Shown: positions 19,182-28,316 of the stretch, piece after piece | Numbering within the stretch: the stretch's first letter is position 1 | How the letters are laid out: every line of letters begins with the position of its first letter | Program-made: the position numbers and the translations under genes | DNA from: Zestosphaera sp. | Lineage (GTDB): Archaea; Thermoproteota; Thermoprotei_A; Sulfolobales; NBVN01 | Length of the DNA: 64,000 bases | Reading direction: 5' to 3' | Assembly (NCBI GenBank): GCA_038843015.1 | Contig: JAWBSH010000003.1 | Span: forward strand, 133,343-197,342 | The notes under the pieces: model-generated | Told to the model about the DNA's origin: nothing | What the model saw: only the letters and a program-made list of their open reading frames with translations | Database searches by the model: none

Positions 19182-19658
19182 TTACTTAATTAAAGCTATT
19201 TTATCGCCTACGTTTATCGTGTCTCCCGGTCTCACGTAAATCTTCTCTACTGTCCCGTTCCTCGGAGATTTTATTTCTAGCTCCATCTTCATAGACTCTA
19301 TCGTGACTACAGTATCTCCAACGCCTACTTTAGAGCCTTCTGTGACTAATACTTTAAGTATTCTCCCAGGGATCTCTGAAGAGATTATCGTAGCTCCCGA
19401 AGGAACTTCAGGACCTCTTATCTCGAGTACTTGCTCTAGCCCTGTTTCTACTAACGAGGTTCCTTGTGTGGCCTCACTCCCTGGCGGCGCCTCAACCTCA
19501 CTGATTTTGGGTTCTTGAATAATTTCAGCTTCGCTACTAACTCTAACTATTATGTCTTTGTTATTAACTTTAACTAAGTAAGTGCCATTACTGCCTTCCC
19601 TTATCTCAACCCTGTATTTCTTATCACCAACTTCTACGACATATACTGAGTTGCTCAC
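19182..19658 (-). CDS. biotin carboxyl-carrier protein (biotinyl domain subunit of methylmalonyl-CoA decarboxylase / acyl-CoA carboxylase)
   Basis: C-terminal biotinyl domain with the biotinylation motif IESMKMELEI, preceded by a Pro/Glu-rich linker. Confidence 0.8.
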   Translation of the reverse strand: MSNSVYVVEVGDKKYRVEIREGSNGTYLVKVNNKDIIVRVSSEAEIIQEPKISEVEAPPGSEATQGTSLVETGLEQVLEIRGPEVPSGATIISSEIPGRILKVLVTEGSKVGVGDTVVTIESMKMELEIKSPRNGTVEKIYVRPGDTINVGDKIALIK

Positions 19659-19764
19659 TTCCGCTCAGCCCATTCATATAGTTACATGATACTCCTTAAA
19701 AATAATCAATGAGTCATTATGGATTGTTTTTAATGCCTCCTAACATATATCTGGGAGTTTAAAA

Positions 19765-21342
19765 TTGGTGGAGGAGTCCTTACCTGCTAAGATACTTGAG
19801 TTGAGAAAGCTTAAAGAGGAAGCTAAGTTAGGTGGTGGTTTGAAAGCTATTGAAGCACAACATGCTAAGGGCAAACTAACAGCGCGAGAAAGACTTGAAT
19901 TGCTGTTTGACCCTGGTACTATGCTAGAGTTCGATATGTTAGTGACTCACAGAGCTACGGAGTTCGGCATGGCTGAGAGAAGAGCTTACGGTGATGGGGT
20001 AGTCACTGTGATGGGTAGAGTCAATAATAGGCCCGTAATAGGGATAGCTCAGGACTTCACGTTTATGGGTGGGTCGCTAGGCGAGATGCATGCAGCGAAG
20101 ATAGTTAAAGCGATGCAGTACGCCATGTCTGCCGGCATGCCTGTAGTATTCCTTAACGACTCCGGCGGTGCCAGAATACAAGAAGGTGTAGACTCTCTTA
20201 AGGGTTATGGAGACATATTCTACATGAACGTCATGGCTTCAGGTGTGGTGCCTCAGATAGCTGTCATAATGGGTCCCTGCGCCGGCGGTGCAGTATACTC
20301 TCCAGCACTCATGGACTTCGTGATAATGGTTGATAAGACTTCCTACATGTTCATAACAGGCCCTAGAGTAGTTAAGGCAGCTATAGGAGAGGAAGTCACG
20401 GAGGAGGAGCTAGGCGGCCCCAGAATACACGTGACTAAGAGTGGTGTAGCGCACTTCATAGCCAGAGACGATAAAGAAGCTATAAGCATAGTGAAGAGAC
20501 TACTTAGTTATCTCCCATCAAACAATATGGAAGCACCGCCCAGAATACTCTCGGGCGATCCTCCAGAGAGGACAGAGGAGAGGCTAAATACTCTCGTTCC
20601 TGAAGACCCTCTGAAAGCCTACAACATGTACGAGGTTATTGAGGCAGTCTTTGATAAGGGTTCCTTCTTCGAGGTCTCAAGAGATTACGCTAGAAACGCC
20701 ATAACAGGGTTTGCAAGACTGAACGGGTGGGTAGTCGGCGTAGTAGCTAACCAGCCAATGGTTCTGACAGGAGCTCTCGACATAAACGCGTCAGACAAGA
20801 TAACTAGGTTTGTTAGAATACTTGACGCGTTTAACATACCTATAGTCACGTTCGTAGATGTTCCAGGATATATACCTGGCACATACCAAGAACACAACGG
20901 CATAATAAGACATGGTGCTAAAGTGCTTTACGCTTACAGTGAGGCGACAGTACCTAAGTTAACCGTTATAGTGAGAAAAGCTTACGGAGGTGCTTACATA
21001 GCAATGAGTTCTAGACACTTAGGCGCAGACTTCGTGATAGCCTGGCCCACCGCCGAGATCGCCGTTATGGGTGCTGAAGGAGCTGCCGAGATAATATGGA
21101 GAGCTGAGCTCTCCAAAGCTAAGACGCCTGAAGAGAGACAAGAACTACTCAATAAGTTAGCTAACGAATACAAGAATAAATTCCTCCACCCATATATAGC
21201 GGCAGCAAGAGGCTACATAGATTCTGTCATAGAACCAGCAGAAACTAGGCCTACGCTAGTGAGAGCTCTTGAGTTTCTCCTTACAAAGCGTGAAGTAAGG
21301 TTTAGAATGCCGCCGAAGAAGCACGGCTTGATTCCAATGTAG
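19765..21342 (+). CDS. carboxyltransferase: methylmalonyl-CoA decarboxylase alpha / propionyl-CoA carboxylase beta subunit
   Basis: 525 aa protein with DSGGARIQEG, GPCAGGAVYSPA and RKAYGGAYIAM motifs of the crotonase-fold carboxyltransferase family. Confidence 0.85.
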   Translation: MVEESLPAKILELRKLKEEAKLGGGLKAIEAQHAKGKLTARERLELLFDPGTMLEFDMLVTHRATEFGMAERRAYGDGVVTVMGRVNNRPVIGIAQDFTFMGGSLGEMHAAKIVKAMQYAMSAGMPVVFLNDSGGARIQEGVDSLKGYGDIFYMNVMASGVVPQIAVIMGPCAGGAVYSPALMDFVIMVDKTSYMFITGPRVVKAAIGEEVTEEELGGPRIHVTKSGVAHFIARDDKEAISIVKRLLSYLPSNNMEAPPRILSGDPPERTEERLNTLVPEDPLKAYNMYEVIEAVFDKGSFFEVSRDYARNAITGFARLNGWVVGVVANQPMVLTGALDINASDKITRFVRILDAFNIPIVTFVDVPGYIPGTYQEHNGIIRHGAKVLYAYSEATVPKLTVIVRKAYGGAYIAMSSRHLGADFVIAWPTAEIAVMGAEGAAEIIWRAELSKAKTPEERQELLNKLANEYKNKFLHPYIAAARGYIDSVIEPAETRPTLVRALEFLLTKREVRFRMPPKKHGLIPM

Positions 21343-21541
21343 CGCGAGCTAGATATCAAAGACTACTCGTCATTTTTGTTAATTCTCTTAGTATTGAAAA
21401 CCTGGAGAAGCATGCTAAACTAATTTCAGCATAAAGTCTTCTCAAGAAAGTTTAGTAGTCAATTAGATGTGGCTAGTGAAAAGCCTTAAGTCATTTAGAC
21501 ACTAAGTTATTTAAGTTCGTGAACTCTAATTTGAGTAGGTA

Positions 21542-22849
21542 GTGAGGATGTTTCCTAAGACGCCGGATATAACTGAAGTCTTTGAAAAACTTGATGAAGG
21601 GTCTGAAGTAGTTATTCGTGGCTGGGTCTATAGGATTTTTAAAGTTGGTGGCAAGATTTTCGCGTGGGTTAGGGATCACTCAGGCTACATCCAGGTTGTT
21701 TTTGATAAGAGTTACGTGTCTAGTGACTGGGACTCTGTAGAGAAGCTGACTAGAGAGTCTAGTATTGAGGTTAAGGGTATTGTGAGGGTCGACGCCAGAG
21801 CTCCTGGTGGCAAGGAAATAGTAGCTAACAGCTTAGTCGTTTACGGCTACTCACCTCCTTTCCCTATAAAGGGGGGTGAAGACATAGAGTACTTACTCAA
21901 TGTGAGGCATCTCTGGCTTAGATCTAGGCAGATGATAGCGTTACTTAAGATTAAGCATACGGTGATTCAAGCTTTAAGAGATTGGCTGATAAAGGATGGG
22001 TGGTGGGAGACTACACCACCGATACTTACTGGGTCGGCTGTAGAGGGTGGCGCTACTTTATTTGAAGTTAAGTATTTCGACAAGACCGCCTACCTTTCTC
22101 AGTCAGCCCAGCTATATCTTGAGGTGTTGATATTCCCACTCAATAAGGTTTGGGCTCTAACACCCTCGTTTAGAGCTGAGAAATCAAGGACTAGAAGACA
22201 CCTCAGCGAGTACTGGCACTTAGAGGTTGAGGCTGCCTGGTATGATATGGAGGACATGATGAAGGTCGCGGAAGACATCGTTAGCTATGCAGTAGCTAAG
22301 ACGCTGGAGGAGAGAAAAGAAGAGCTTAAACTCCTCAACAGGGATACTTCTAAGCTTGAGAAAGCTCTTGAGACTCCCTACCCCAAAATAACGTACGACG
22401 ACGCTATCAGGATTCTTCAGAGGAAAGGCTTCAATATCAAGTGGGGTGATGACTACGGCGCTGACGAAGAGAAGACTTTAACAGAAGATTTTGAAACCCC
22501 GTTCTTCGTAACTCACTTTCCTAAACACATAAAAGCCTTCTACATGAAGGAAGATCCTAGCAGGCCTGAAGTAGTGTTAGGATTTGATTTGCTCGCTCCA
22601 GAAGGTTATGGCGAGATCATAGGAGGTTCGCAGAGAGAAGATAGCTATGAGAAATTATACAACAGGATAATAGAGGAGGGACTCAACTACCAAGATTACG
22701 AGTGGTATCTTGATTTAAGAAAGTATGGGAGCGTACCTCACTCAGGATTCGGATTAGGCGTTGAGCGATTAGTTATGTGGGTTTCAGGGATAGACCACAT
22801 AAGGGACGCGATACCCTTCCCTAGATGGAGAGGACGCATCTATCCTTAG
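21542..22849 (+). CDS. asnS: asparaginyl-tRNA synthetase
   Basis: Class IIb motifs are LSQSAQLYLE, FRAEKSRTRRHLSEYWHLEVE, GEIIGGSQRE and GSVPHSGFGLGVERL. The SGFGLG form is the AsnRS type, not the AspRS HGG type. The protein ends FPRWRGRIYP. Confidence 0.85.
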   Translation: MRMFPKTPDITEVFEKLDEGSEVVIRGWVYRIFKVGGKIFAWVRDHSGYIQVVFDKSYVSSDWDSVEKLTRESSIEVKGIVRVDARAPGGKEIVANSLVVYGYSPPFPIKGGEDIEYLLNVRHLWLRSRQMIALLKIKHTVIQALRDWLIKDGWWETTPPILTGSAVEGGATLFEVKYFDKTAYLSQSAQLYLEVLIFPLNKVWALTPSFRAEKSRTRRHLSEYWHLEVEAAWYDMEDMMKVAEDIVSYAVAKTLEERKEELKLLNRDTSKLEKALETPYPKITYDDAIRILQRKGFNIKWGDDYGADEEKTLTEDFETPFFVTHFPKHIKAFYMKEDPSRPEVVLGFDLLAPEGYGEIIGGSQREDSYEKLYNRIIEEGLNYQDYEWYLDLRKYGSVPHSGFGLGVERLVMWVSGIDHIRDAIPFPRWRGRIYP

Positions 22850-22859
22850 TTGGGGTTTG

Positions 22860-23315
22860 TTACTCGTAGACCACGTTAACTATATGTTTCACTTTATTTG
22901 TTCCTTCACTCATTATTAGCCGTATTAACTCCTTAGTAGTGTCTGTCAACTCTAGCTTCAAAGCATCACTAAACTTGAAGAACCCTATGCCGAGAGACTC
23001 TTCGTTTGCTATAGGCTCACCCTCAGCGTCGGTGACTAGATAATCTAGTATTACGTAGTGATACTTGACGCTGTAGTCTCTCTTCAGTCTTATATACTCA
23101 GTTATAGCTAGTAGTGTTGCCTTACTAGCTTTGAGTGAAGTCTCTTCTTCTAACTCCCTAAACAAGGCTACGAGCACCGGTTCTCCTGCCTCTATGTGTC
23201 CACCAGGTATCGACCATAAGTTTGGTGAGGGAGGGTACTTCCTCTTAATAAGGAGGATTTCATCATTATTTCTCAGTACTACTGCCCCGACAGCTACTCT
23301 AGGCCATTCAGTCAT
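22860..23315 (-). CDS. NUDIX hydrolase
   Basis: Nudix box GGHIEAGEPVLVALFRELEEETSL. Confidence 0.85.
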   Translation of the reverse strand: MTEWPRVAVGAVVLRNNDEILLIKRKYPPSPNLWSIPGGHIEAGEPVLVALFRELEEETSLKASKATLLAITEYIRLKRDYSVKYHYVILDYLVTDAEGEPIANEESLGIGFFKFSDALKLELTDTTKELIRLIMSEGTNKVKHIVNVVYE

Positions 23316-23389
23316 CGTGAATACCTACTAAAGAGTTACAGATTAACGTTTTATCTTTTCATTAAATTACGTCTTAGGTGCTGTGAGAG

Positions 23390-24709
23390 TTGGGGGTCAG
23401 GCTCTGTTGTGTCAAGTGTGGTTATGAGGTGAGTGAGGTCAGGTACGTTGATTACTGCCCTAATTGTGGGGGTCTTTTAATTGCTCGTTCTCCCGAGTCT
23501 TTAAGGAGGGGCAGGAGTTCAGGAGTTTGGGCTTGGGGCAGTAGCTTGTACACTTCACGTATGGCGCCAAAAATTACTTTAGGTGAGGGCAACACCCCCC
23601 TCATAAAGTCCGTTAAGATTGGGAGAAGTATTGGCTTAACACTGTATTTAAAAGATGAGTCTAAGAATCCTACAGGCTCTTTCATAGACAGGGGTTCTGC
23701 TACGCTAGCTACTGCCTTAAAGTATTTTAGGGTCAGGTCAGTAGCAGTCCCTTCAACGGGAGACTTAAGTATATCTGTGTCGACGTATCTGAAGCGCGCC
23801 GGGATATCTAGCAGAGCATACATACCGTCTAGTGTCACTTTAAGCAAAGCATACAAAACTCTCTTAGTGAGTGATAAGGTTAGATTTGTTGAGAGCTATG
23901 AGGAGGCATTGCTTAAAGCCTTAAAGAGTGCGCAGTTTTACGGCGCGGTAGTACTGCCTACTAACCCTTTCTTGATTGACGGGTACAGAACGGTAGCTAT
24001 CGAAGTAGTCCACTCGCTAGGTAAGAAAAGACCTCTAGTAATTGTAGTGCCGATAGGAGATGGCGTTCTAGCTATAAGTATTCATTATGTTCTCGAAGAT
24101 CTGCGAGTCCCGCACAAAATCTTAGGAGTCAGAGCATGTAAAGAATCTCCACTACTGAGAGATATTTACGTTGCTAAACCAATGCTCCAGGAATATCTTA
24201 AAAGACTTGAAGACCTGGGCTTCATAGAGGTTGTCAGCGTATGTGATGATGAGGCGCTTGAAGCCAGTGAATTCATAGTTAAGAAGGAAGGCTTCTTAAT
24301 AGGTCCTGTGGGAGCATCATGTATAGCCGCACTTAAGAAAGTACTTTCTGAAGAGATGAAAGACTTCATTACGGTGGCTTTGATGTCAGGCGATCCGCTG
24401 CAAGACCCATACGTTATCAAGGCTCTTCTTGAGAAGACTGTGAAGCCTGAAGAGCACGTAGTAACTCTAGGCTTTACTAAGGTGAAGATCTTAGAGATTC
24501 TTGCTTACAGTAATCCAACTCACCCATACATGCTGTGGAAAGAGCTCAAGCAGAAGCACGGACTCGATCTAAGCAGGAGAAGCATCTATAAACATGTAGA
24601 GGAACTCATCAACTTAGGCCTACTGAGAGTAGTTGGTTATGAGAAGGTTGAGGGGAGAACTAGGAAGATAGTCTCTATAACAGAATCGGGCTTGAAGCAT
24701 CTTATGTAA
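23390..24709 (+). CDS. threonine-synthase-fold (PLP fold type II) protein lacking the PLP lysine, with N-terminal zinc ribbon and C-terminal winged-helix domain
   Basis: CxxC...CxxC zinc ribbon (CVKCG...CPNCGG). The ThrC signature reads NPTGSFIDRG where family members have NPTGSFKDRG. The C-terminal ~75 aa (ILEILAYS...SIYKHVEELINLGLLRV...ITESGLKHL) looks like a wHTH. TTG start. Confidence 0.7.
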   Translation: MGVRLCCVKCGYEVSEVRYVDYCPNCGGLLIARSPESLRRGRSSGVWAWGSSLYTSRMAPKITLGEGNTPLIKSVKIGRSIGLTLYLKDESKNPTGSFIDRGSATLATALKYFRVRSVAVPSTGDLSISVSTYLKRAGISSRAYIPSSVTLSKAYKTLLVSDKVRFVESYEEALLKALKSAQFYGAVVLPTNPFLIDGYRTVAIEVVHSLGKKRPLVIVVPIGDGVLAISIHYVLEDLRVPHKILGVRACKESPLLRDIYVAKPMLQEYLKRLEDLGFIEVVSVCDDEALEASEFIVKKEGFLIGPVGASCIAALKKVLSEEMKDFITVALMSGDPLQDPYVIKALLEKTVKPEEHVVTLGFTKVKILEILAYSNPTHPYMLWKELKQKHGLDLSRRSIYKHVEELINLGLLRVVGYEKVEGRTRKIVSITESGLKHLM

Positions 24710-24780
24710 TATTAAGAGTTTATAGTGAACCTAATAGTGTATTAGTAGCCTAAAAGCATTCTCACATTATCCTACGTGAG

Positions 24781-25527
24781 GTGTGGTCAGTGAGTGTGGT
24801 TAGAGTCTCTCTCTATACTGCGCTAGTCTTAATAGCTACTATAGTACTCCAAGTATACACGCCCGCTACCCGAGGTTATTTCAACCTTGGTGAGGTAGCT
24901 ATATATACTGTTGCTGCACTAACCTCGCCGCTCATAGCAGGTGTTGCGGGGGGCGTGGGTTCAGCTTTAGCAGACTTAGTGACTGGCTACGGGATTTTTG
25001 CGCCCGGCACATTAGTGATTAAGTTTGTTGAGGGCTTCATAGCGTCGTCACTAATTTCCTCTTTTAGGAAGAGATTATCCCCTTCTAGGGCGCGAGTAGC
25101 GTCATTAATTATGGGAGTGCTTTTAGGAGTTCTGATAGCTGGGTTAGGGATAGTTCTTTTCACTGGGGAAGTTGAAGTATACTCTGTACCGCTCAGTGTT
25201 ATGGGCTTTGAAGTTATAGTGCTTTCTACTAAGTTCTCGCTAGCTACTTGGTTCTGGGTCTTAGTCGGCCTGGCTGTCACTGCTTTAGTAATTTATTTCG
25301 TGATCAGAGTTAGGGGTGAAAGCCTGAGTTTCGTAATTCCAGTCTTAATTAGTGGGCTAATAATGGTTACGGGATACTTCCTCTACGAGTACTTCGTTTC
25401 TAACCCCCTCCAAGGAATACCTCCTGAAGAAGCTTTCGTTGAAGTTCCTGTTAACTTGGGTCAGGCTTTGGTAGGTCTAGCACTCTCGTCACCTGTTATA
25501 ACGTTTGTCAATAGAGCTAGAGGGTAG
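24781..25527 (+). CDS. ECF-type substrate-capture (S) component-like membrane protein
   Basis: Six or more TM helices. The GSALADLVTGYGIFAPGTLVIKFVEG segment is typical of S components. The gene directly abuts an ECF-like double ATPase gene. Confidence 0.55.
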   Translation: MWSVSVVRVSLYTALVLIATIVLQVYTPATRGYFNLGEVAIYTVAALTSPLIAGVAGGVGSALADLVTGYGIFAPGTLVIKFVEGFIASSLISSFRKRLSPSRARVASLIMGVLLGVLIAGLGIVLFTGEVEVYSVPLSVMGFEVIVLSTKFSLATWFWVLVGLAVTALVIYFVIRVRGESLSFVIPVLISGLIMVTGYFLYEYFVSNPLQGIPPEEAFVEVPVNLGQALVGLALSSPVITFVNRARG

Positions 25528-26795
25528 TGCTTAATTTGATGGAATTTAAGGATTTCAACGTATGGATAAACGAGCACCACATACTGAAGGACGTTTCCTT
25601 TAGTGTTGGTGAGGACTGCATAGTTTTGTTGATAGGACCTTCAGGTTCTGGGAAATCAACGTTGCTGAAAACATTGAGTGGAGTGATACCATCAGTCATT
25701 AAGGGTTTTGTTAAGGGTTTTTCTAGTCCGCCTCTAGAAGTGCTTAAGAAGAAGACCATGTATGTGCATCAAGAGCCTTGGTTTTTTATTTCAACTCCTT
25801 ATGTTTGGTCAGAGATCGCGGGCTACACCTCGATAAAGTCTCTAAACGACCTCCAAAGAGTTCTCGAAGAGTTCGGACTTGACCGACACGTCAACAGGAC
25901 TACATATACATTAAGTGCTGGCGAGATTCAGAGACTTGCTTTCGTGATGGCTGTAAATTCCGGGAAGGAAGTAATCCTGTTAGATGAGCCTACTTCTTAC
26001 CTAGATAAATACAATTCCGAGAACTTAGTGAGGTTTGTCAGTAAGATTAGTAGAGATTACGGCAAAACGTTCGTTATAGTAGATCATGACTTGACACTTT
26101 GGAGTGATTACGTGAGTAAGGTCTTGTACCTTAGTGAGGGGAGACTCACTGAGACGTCGGAAAATCCTTTTAAGGAAGTCATTGATTACATGACTCACAC
26201 GCTAAGACCTCCGAACTCGGGAAATGATGGGTGTCTGAAGATACGTGTTGAGAGCTTCAAGTTTCCTGACTCGAGAGAGCCTCTACTAACTAACATACGT
26301 TTTGAAGTCTGTAAGGGGGAAGTAGTAGTTGTTAAGGGTTCTTCCGGGTCTGGGAAGACTACATTACTTAAGTTGATAGCGAGTGGGTGTCTAAAAAATA
26401 ACGGGGTAGTCAGTTCTGAGGGGAGTCGCTGTAAGGCTGTTTTAGTTCCTGATAATCCCTTACTTTATTTGAGTTCACCTACTCCTGAGGAAGAGGTCGG
26501 TGTAGACGGCTTGAAGTATCTTGAGTATTTAGGTATCGGCGGTAAGGCTAGAACTCCTATTATGAAGCTCAGTAGCGGTGAGAGGAGGAGATTAGCTATA
26601 GCTTCAGCTCTTTCAAGAGGTTACGAGTATGTCTTTATGGACGAACCTACAGCAGGTCTAGACCCGCTGAATAAGTTAAATGTTATTGAAGCGATTATTA
26701 AGGCTGCCGAAATGGGTATAGGCTTTGTGATAGCTTCTCATGACCCCTTCGTAGAGATGATAGCTAATAAGGTGGTATGTGTTGAGCGTTCTTAG
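25527..26795 (+). CDS. fused double ABC ATPase (compact ECF EcfA-A'-like)
   Basis: The first cassette has GPSGSGKST, LSAGEIQR and LLDEPTSYLD. The second has GSSGSGKTT, LSSGERRR and FMDEPTAGLD. At 422 aa it is much shorter than the 577 aa paralog at 7757. Confidence 0.8.
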   Translation: MLNLMEFKDFNVWINEHHILKDVSFSVGEDCIVLLIGPSGSGKSTLLKTLSGVIPSVIKGFVKGFSSPPLEVLKKKTMYVHQEPWFFISTPYVWSEIAGYTSIKSLNDLQRVLEEFGLDRHVNRTTYTLSAGEIQRLAFVMAVNSGKEVILLDEPTSYLDKYNSENLVRFVSKISRDYGKTFVIVDHDLTLWSDYVSKVLYLSEGRLTETSENPFKEVIDYMTHTLRPPNSGNDGCLKIRVESFKFPDSREPLLTNIRFEVCKGEVVVVKGSSGSGKTTLLKLIASGCLKNNGVVSSEGSRCKAVLVPDNPLLYLSSPTPEEEVGVDGLKYLEYLGIGGKARTPIMKLSSGERRRLAIASALSRGYEYVFMDEPTAGLDPLNKLNVIEAIIKAAEMGIGFVIASHDPFVEMIANKVVCVERS

Positions 26796-27474
26796 GAGAA
26801 TCACTGAACTTTTAAGACTGTTTACCTCGCTACTGTTTAGATCTATCTTCATTTACGGGGATATTGAGGGGAGGCATGTTCCTCTCATTATTAATCTCGC
26901 ACTACTAGTTACTCAAATTTTAGTAGCTAGGGGTGGTAGTGAGCGCTTATTATTTGTGCTTGCATCCATCCTGTTCTTATATGTAGTTCGAGGGTCTAGC
27001 AAAGTAATTATTTATTCGTGTGTTTTAGCTTTAATACCTACTATGTGGTATTTCGTTGTTTCGCTACCTTTCACGATGAGTTTTTCGATATCAGCTTTAA
27101 TAGCTTTGAGGGTATTTACTGTGAGTCTATCTTTTCTTTGTTTCTTTTACTTCTTAAATCCTGTAGAGGTTTCGTTCATACTGAGGTTGCTTCGTCTAGA
27201 GAACCTGTCTTTATATCCAGCCCTTACTTGGAGGGTAGTACCACATATAATGAGAGATGTGGAGACGGCATTGCTTGTAGGCGAGATGAAGAGAGTAGAA
27301 GCTTGGAAGAGTCTAGCTATCGCTGTTTTAACGACTGAAGAGTATGTATCTCTATATGAGGAGGGGTTGTTTAGCAAGCCCGAATATAAGCCTTCCTACA
27401 AGTATAGTGTTAAACACACGCTCGCCACTATAGTAGTCTTAATTGCTTTGAGTCTCGTGTTGTTGCTGGGTTGA
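26779..27474 (+). CDS. membrane protein in the T-component position of the ECF-like operon (divergent; lacks the canonical ARG loop)
   Basis: Polytopic, and overlaps the ATPase stop by 17 nt. The assignment rests on position only. Confidence 0.4.
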   Translation: MLSVLRRITELLRLFTSLLFRSIFIYGDIEGRHVPLIINLALLVTQILVARGGSERLLFVLASILFLYVVRGSSKVIIYSCVLALIPTMWYFVVSLPFTMSFSISALIALRVFTVSLSFLCFFYFLNPVEVSFILRLLRLENLSLYPALTWRVVPHIMRDVETALLVGEMKRVEAWKSLAIAVLTTEEYVSLYEEGLFSKPEYKPSYKYSVKHTLATIVVLIALSLVLLLG

Positions 27475-27538
27475 GTAACGAGGCCACACACATGTTGCTT
27501 ATAAAATACCTAACATGATATTTAGTTAGTGAGTAGTA

Positions 27539-27919
27539 ATGAGTCTTACACCAGGTATGAAGCACGTGAGGAAATACGTCACAACACAGCAGCATTCTGC
27601 AAAGCATGTGGGTTCAGGGAATGTAGAGGTTCTTTCCACTCCTTCTATGATCCTCTTCATGGAGGAGACTTGCCGCATCTTTGCTGATGAACACCTACCC
27701 GAAGGCCAGACTACTGTAGGGGTTCACGTAGACGTATATCACGTACGTCCAGCACCAATAGGTAGTGAGGTAGAGATACACTCAACTCTACTACAATCTG
27801 ATGGCAGGAAACTTATGTTTTGGGTTGAGGCTTGGTGCTCAGGAGCATTAATAGGTTACGGATTTCACGAGAGAGTTGTGGTAGAAAAAGAAAAGTTTTT
27901 ATCAAAGATTAAGAGCTAA
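27539..27919 (+). CDS. hotdog-fold thioesterase (FlK/COG5496-like)
   Basis: 126 aa. VGSGNVEVLSTPSMILFMEE and VGVHVDVYHVRPAPIGS segments are typical of this small thioesterase family. Confidence 0.65.
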   Translation: MSLTPGMKHVRKYVTTQQHSAKHVGSGNVEVLSTPSMILFMEETCRIFADEHLPEGQTTVGVHVDVYHVRPAPIGSEVEIHSTLLQSDGRKLMFWVEAWCSGALIGYGFHERVVVEKEKFLSKIKS

Positions 27920-27953
27920 TGAAACAATAGTCACTCTGCAAACTATCTTACCC

Positions 27954-28240
27954 AAGACTGTTTGTATGTTGTTTAGTTTTGGTTTTTCTGGTTATTTGGG
28001 TTATTTATGTGGGTTTCGGGAGCTGACGTAAAGGTATATAAGCATCCACGTGTTTTAATAGCTGGGAGCCGATGAGCTGATGAGCCGTTGGCGAGGGACG
28101 AGGCTCTGTGAACCGCTCTTCACCGATGGCTCTGGAGACCCCTACGACACCCCTGGAACCGTAGGCAGGGAGAAAAAAGATAAACAGGTGGGATGAACCC
28201 GTACCCAGAAAAACCAAAACAACTAAAACAACCAGAAAAC
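27954..28240 (+). ncRNA. GC-rich structured intergenic element, copy A (unclassified RNA family)
   Basis: AAGACTGT leader. A perfect 15-bp long-range helix (27977-27991 with 28205-28219) encloses a GC-rich core containing nested hairpins. A 50-nt block is 43/50 identical to copy B with compensatory change. Confidence 0.55.
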
Positions 28241-28316
28241 TTAGCTAACGGATACGGGAAACCACTCAATACTCTAACTTATTTTTATTGTTCAGCGTTT
28301 TAGTTAGGTGGTCTGA

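Noticed and set aside
28074-28110. A CUGAUGAG motif followed by a stem in elements A and B resembles a hammerhead ribozyme core.
   Set aside because: The obligatory CGAAA segment directly after stem II is missing. The sequence continues UCUGUGAA, and no plausible stem III or cleavage-site triplet could be drawn.
28005-28217. 70-aa minus-strand ORF inside element A. Analogous ORFs are 46869-47105 (minus, 78 aa) and 36289-36576 (plus, 95 aa) inside elements B and C.
   Set aside because: All three lie in GC-rich intergenic cores. Their composition is Arg/Pro/Gly/Ser-biased and they have no recognisable motif. The nucleotide-level similarity between copies preserves base pairing rather than a reading frame. 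I treat them as RNA-structure artefacts.
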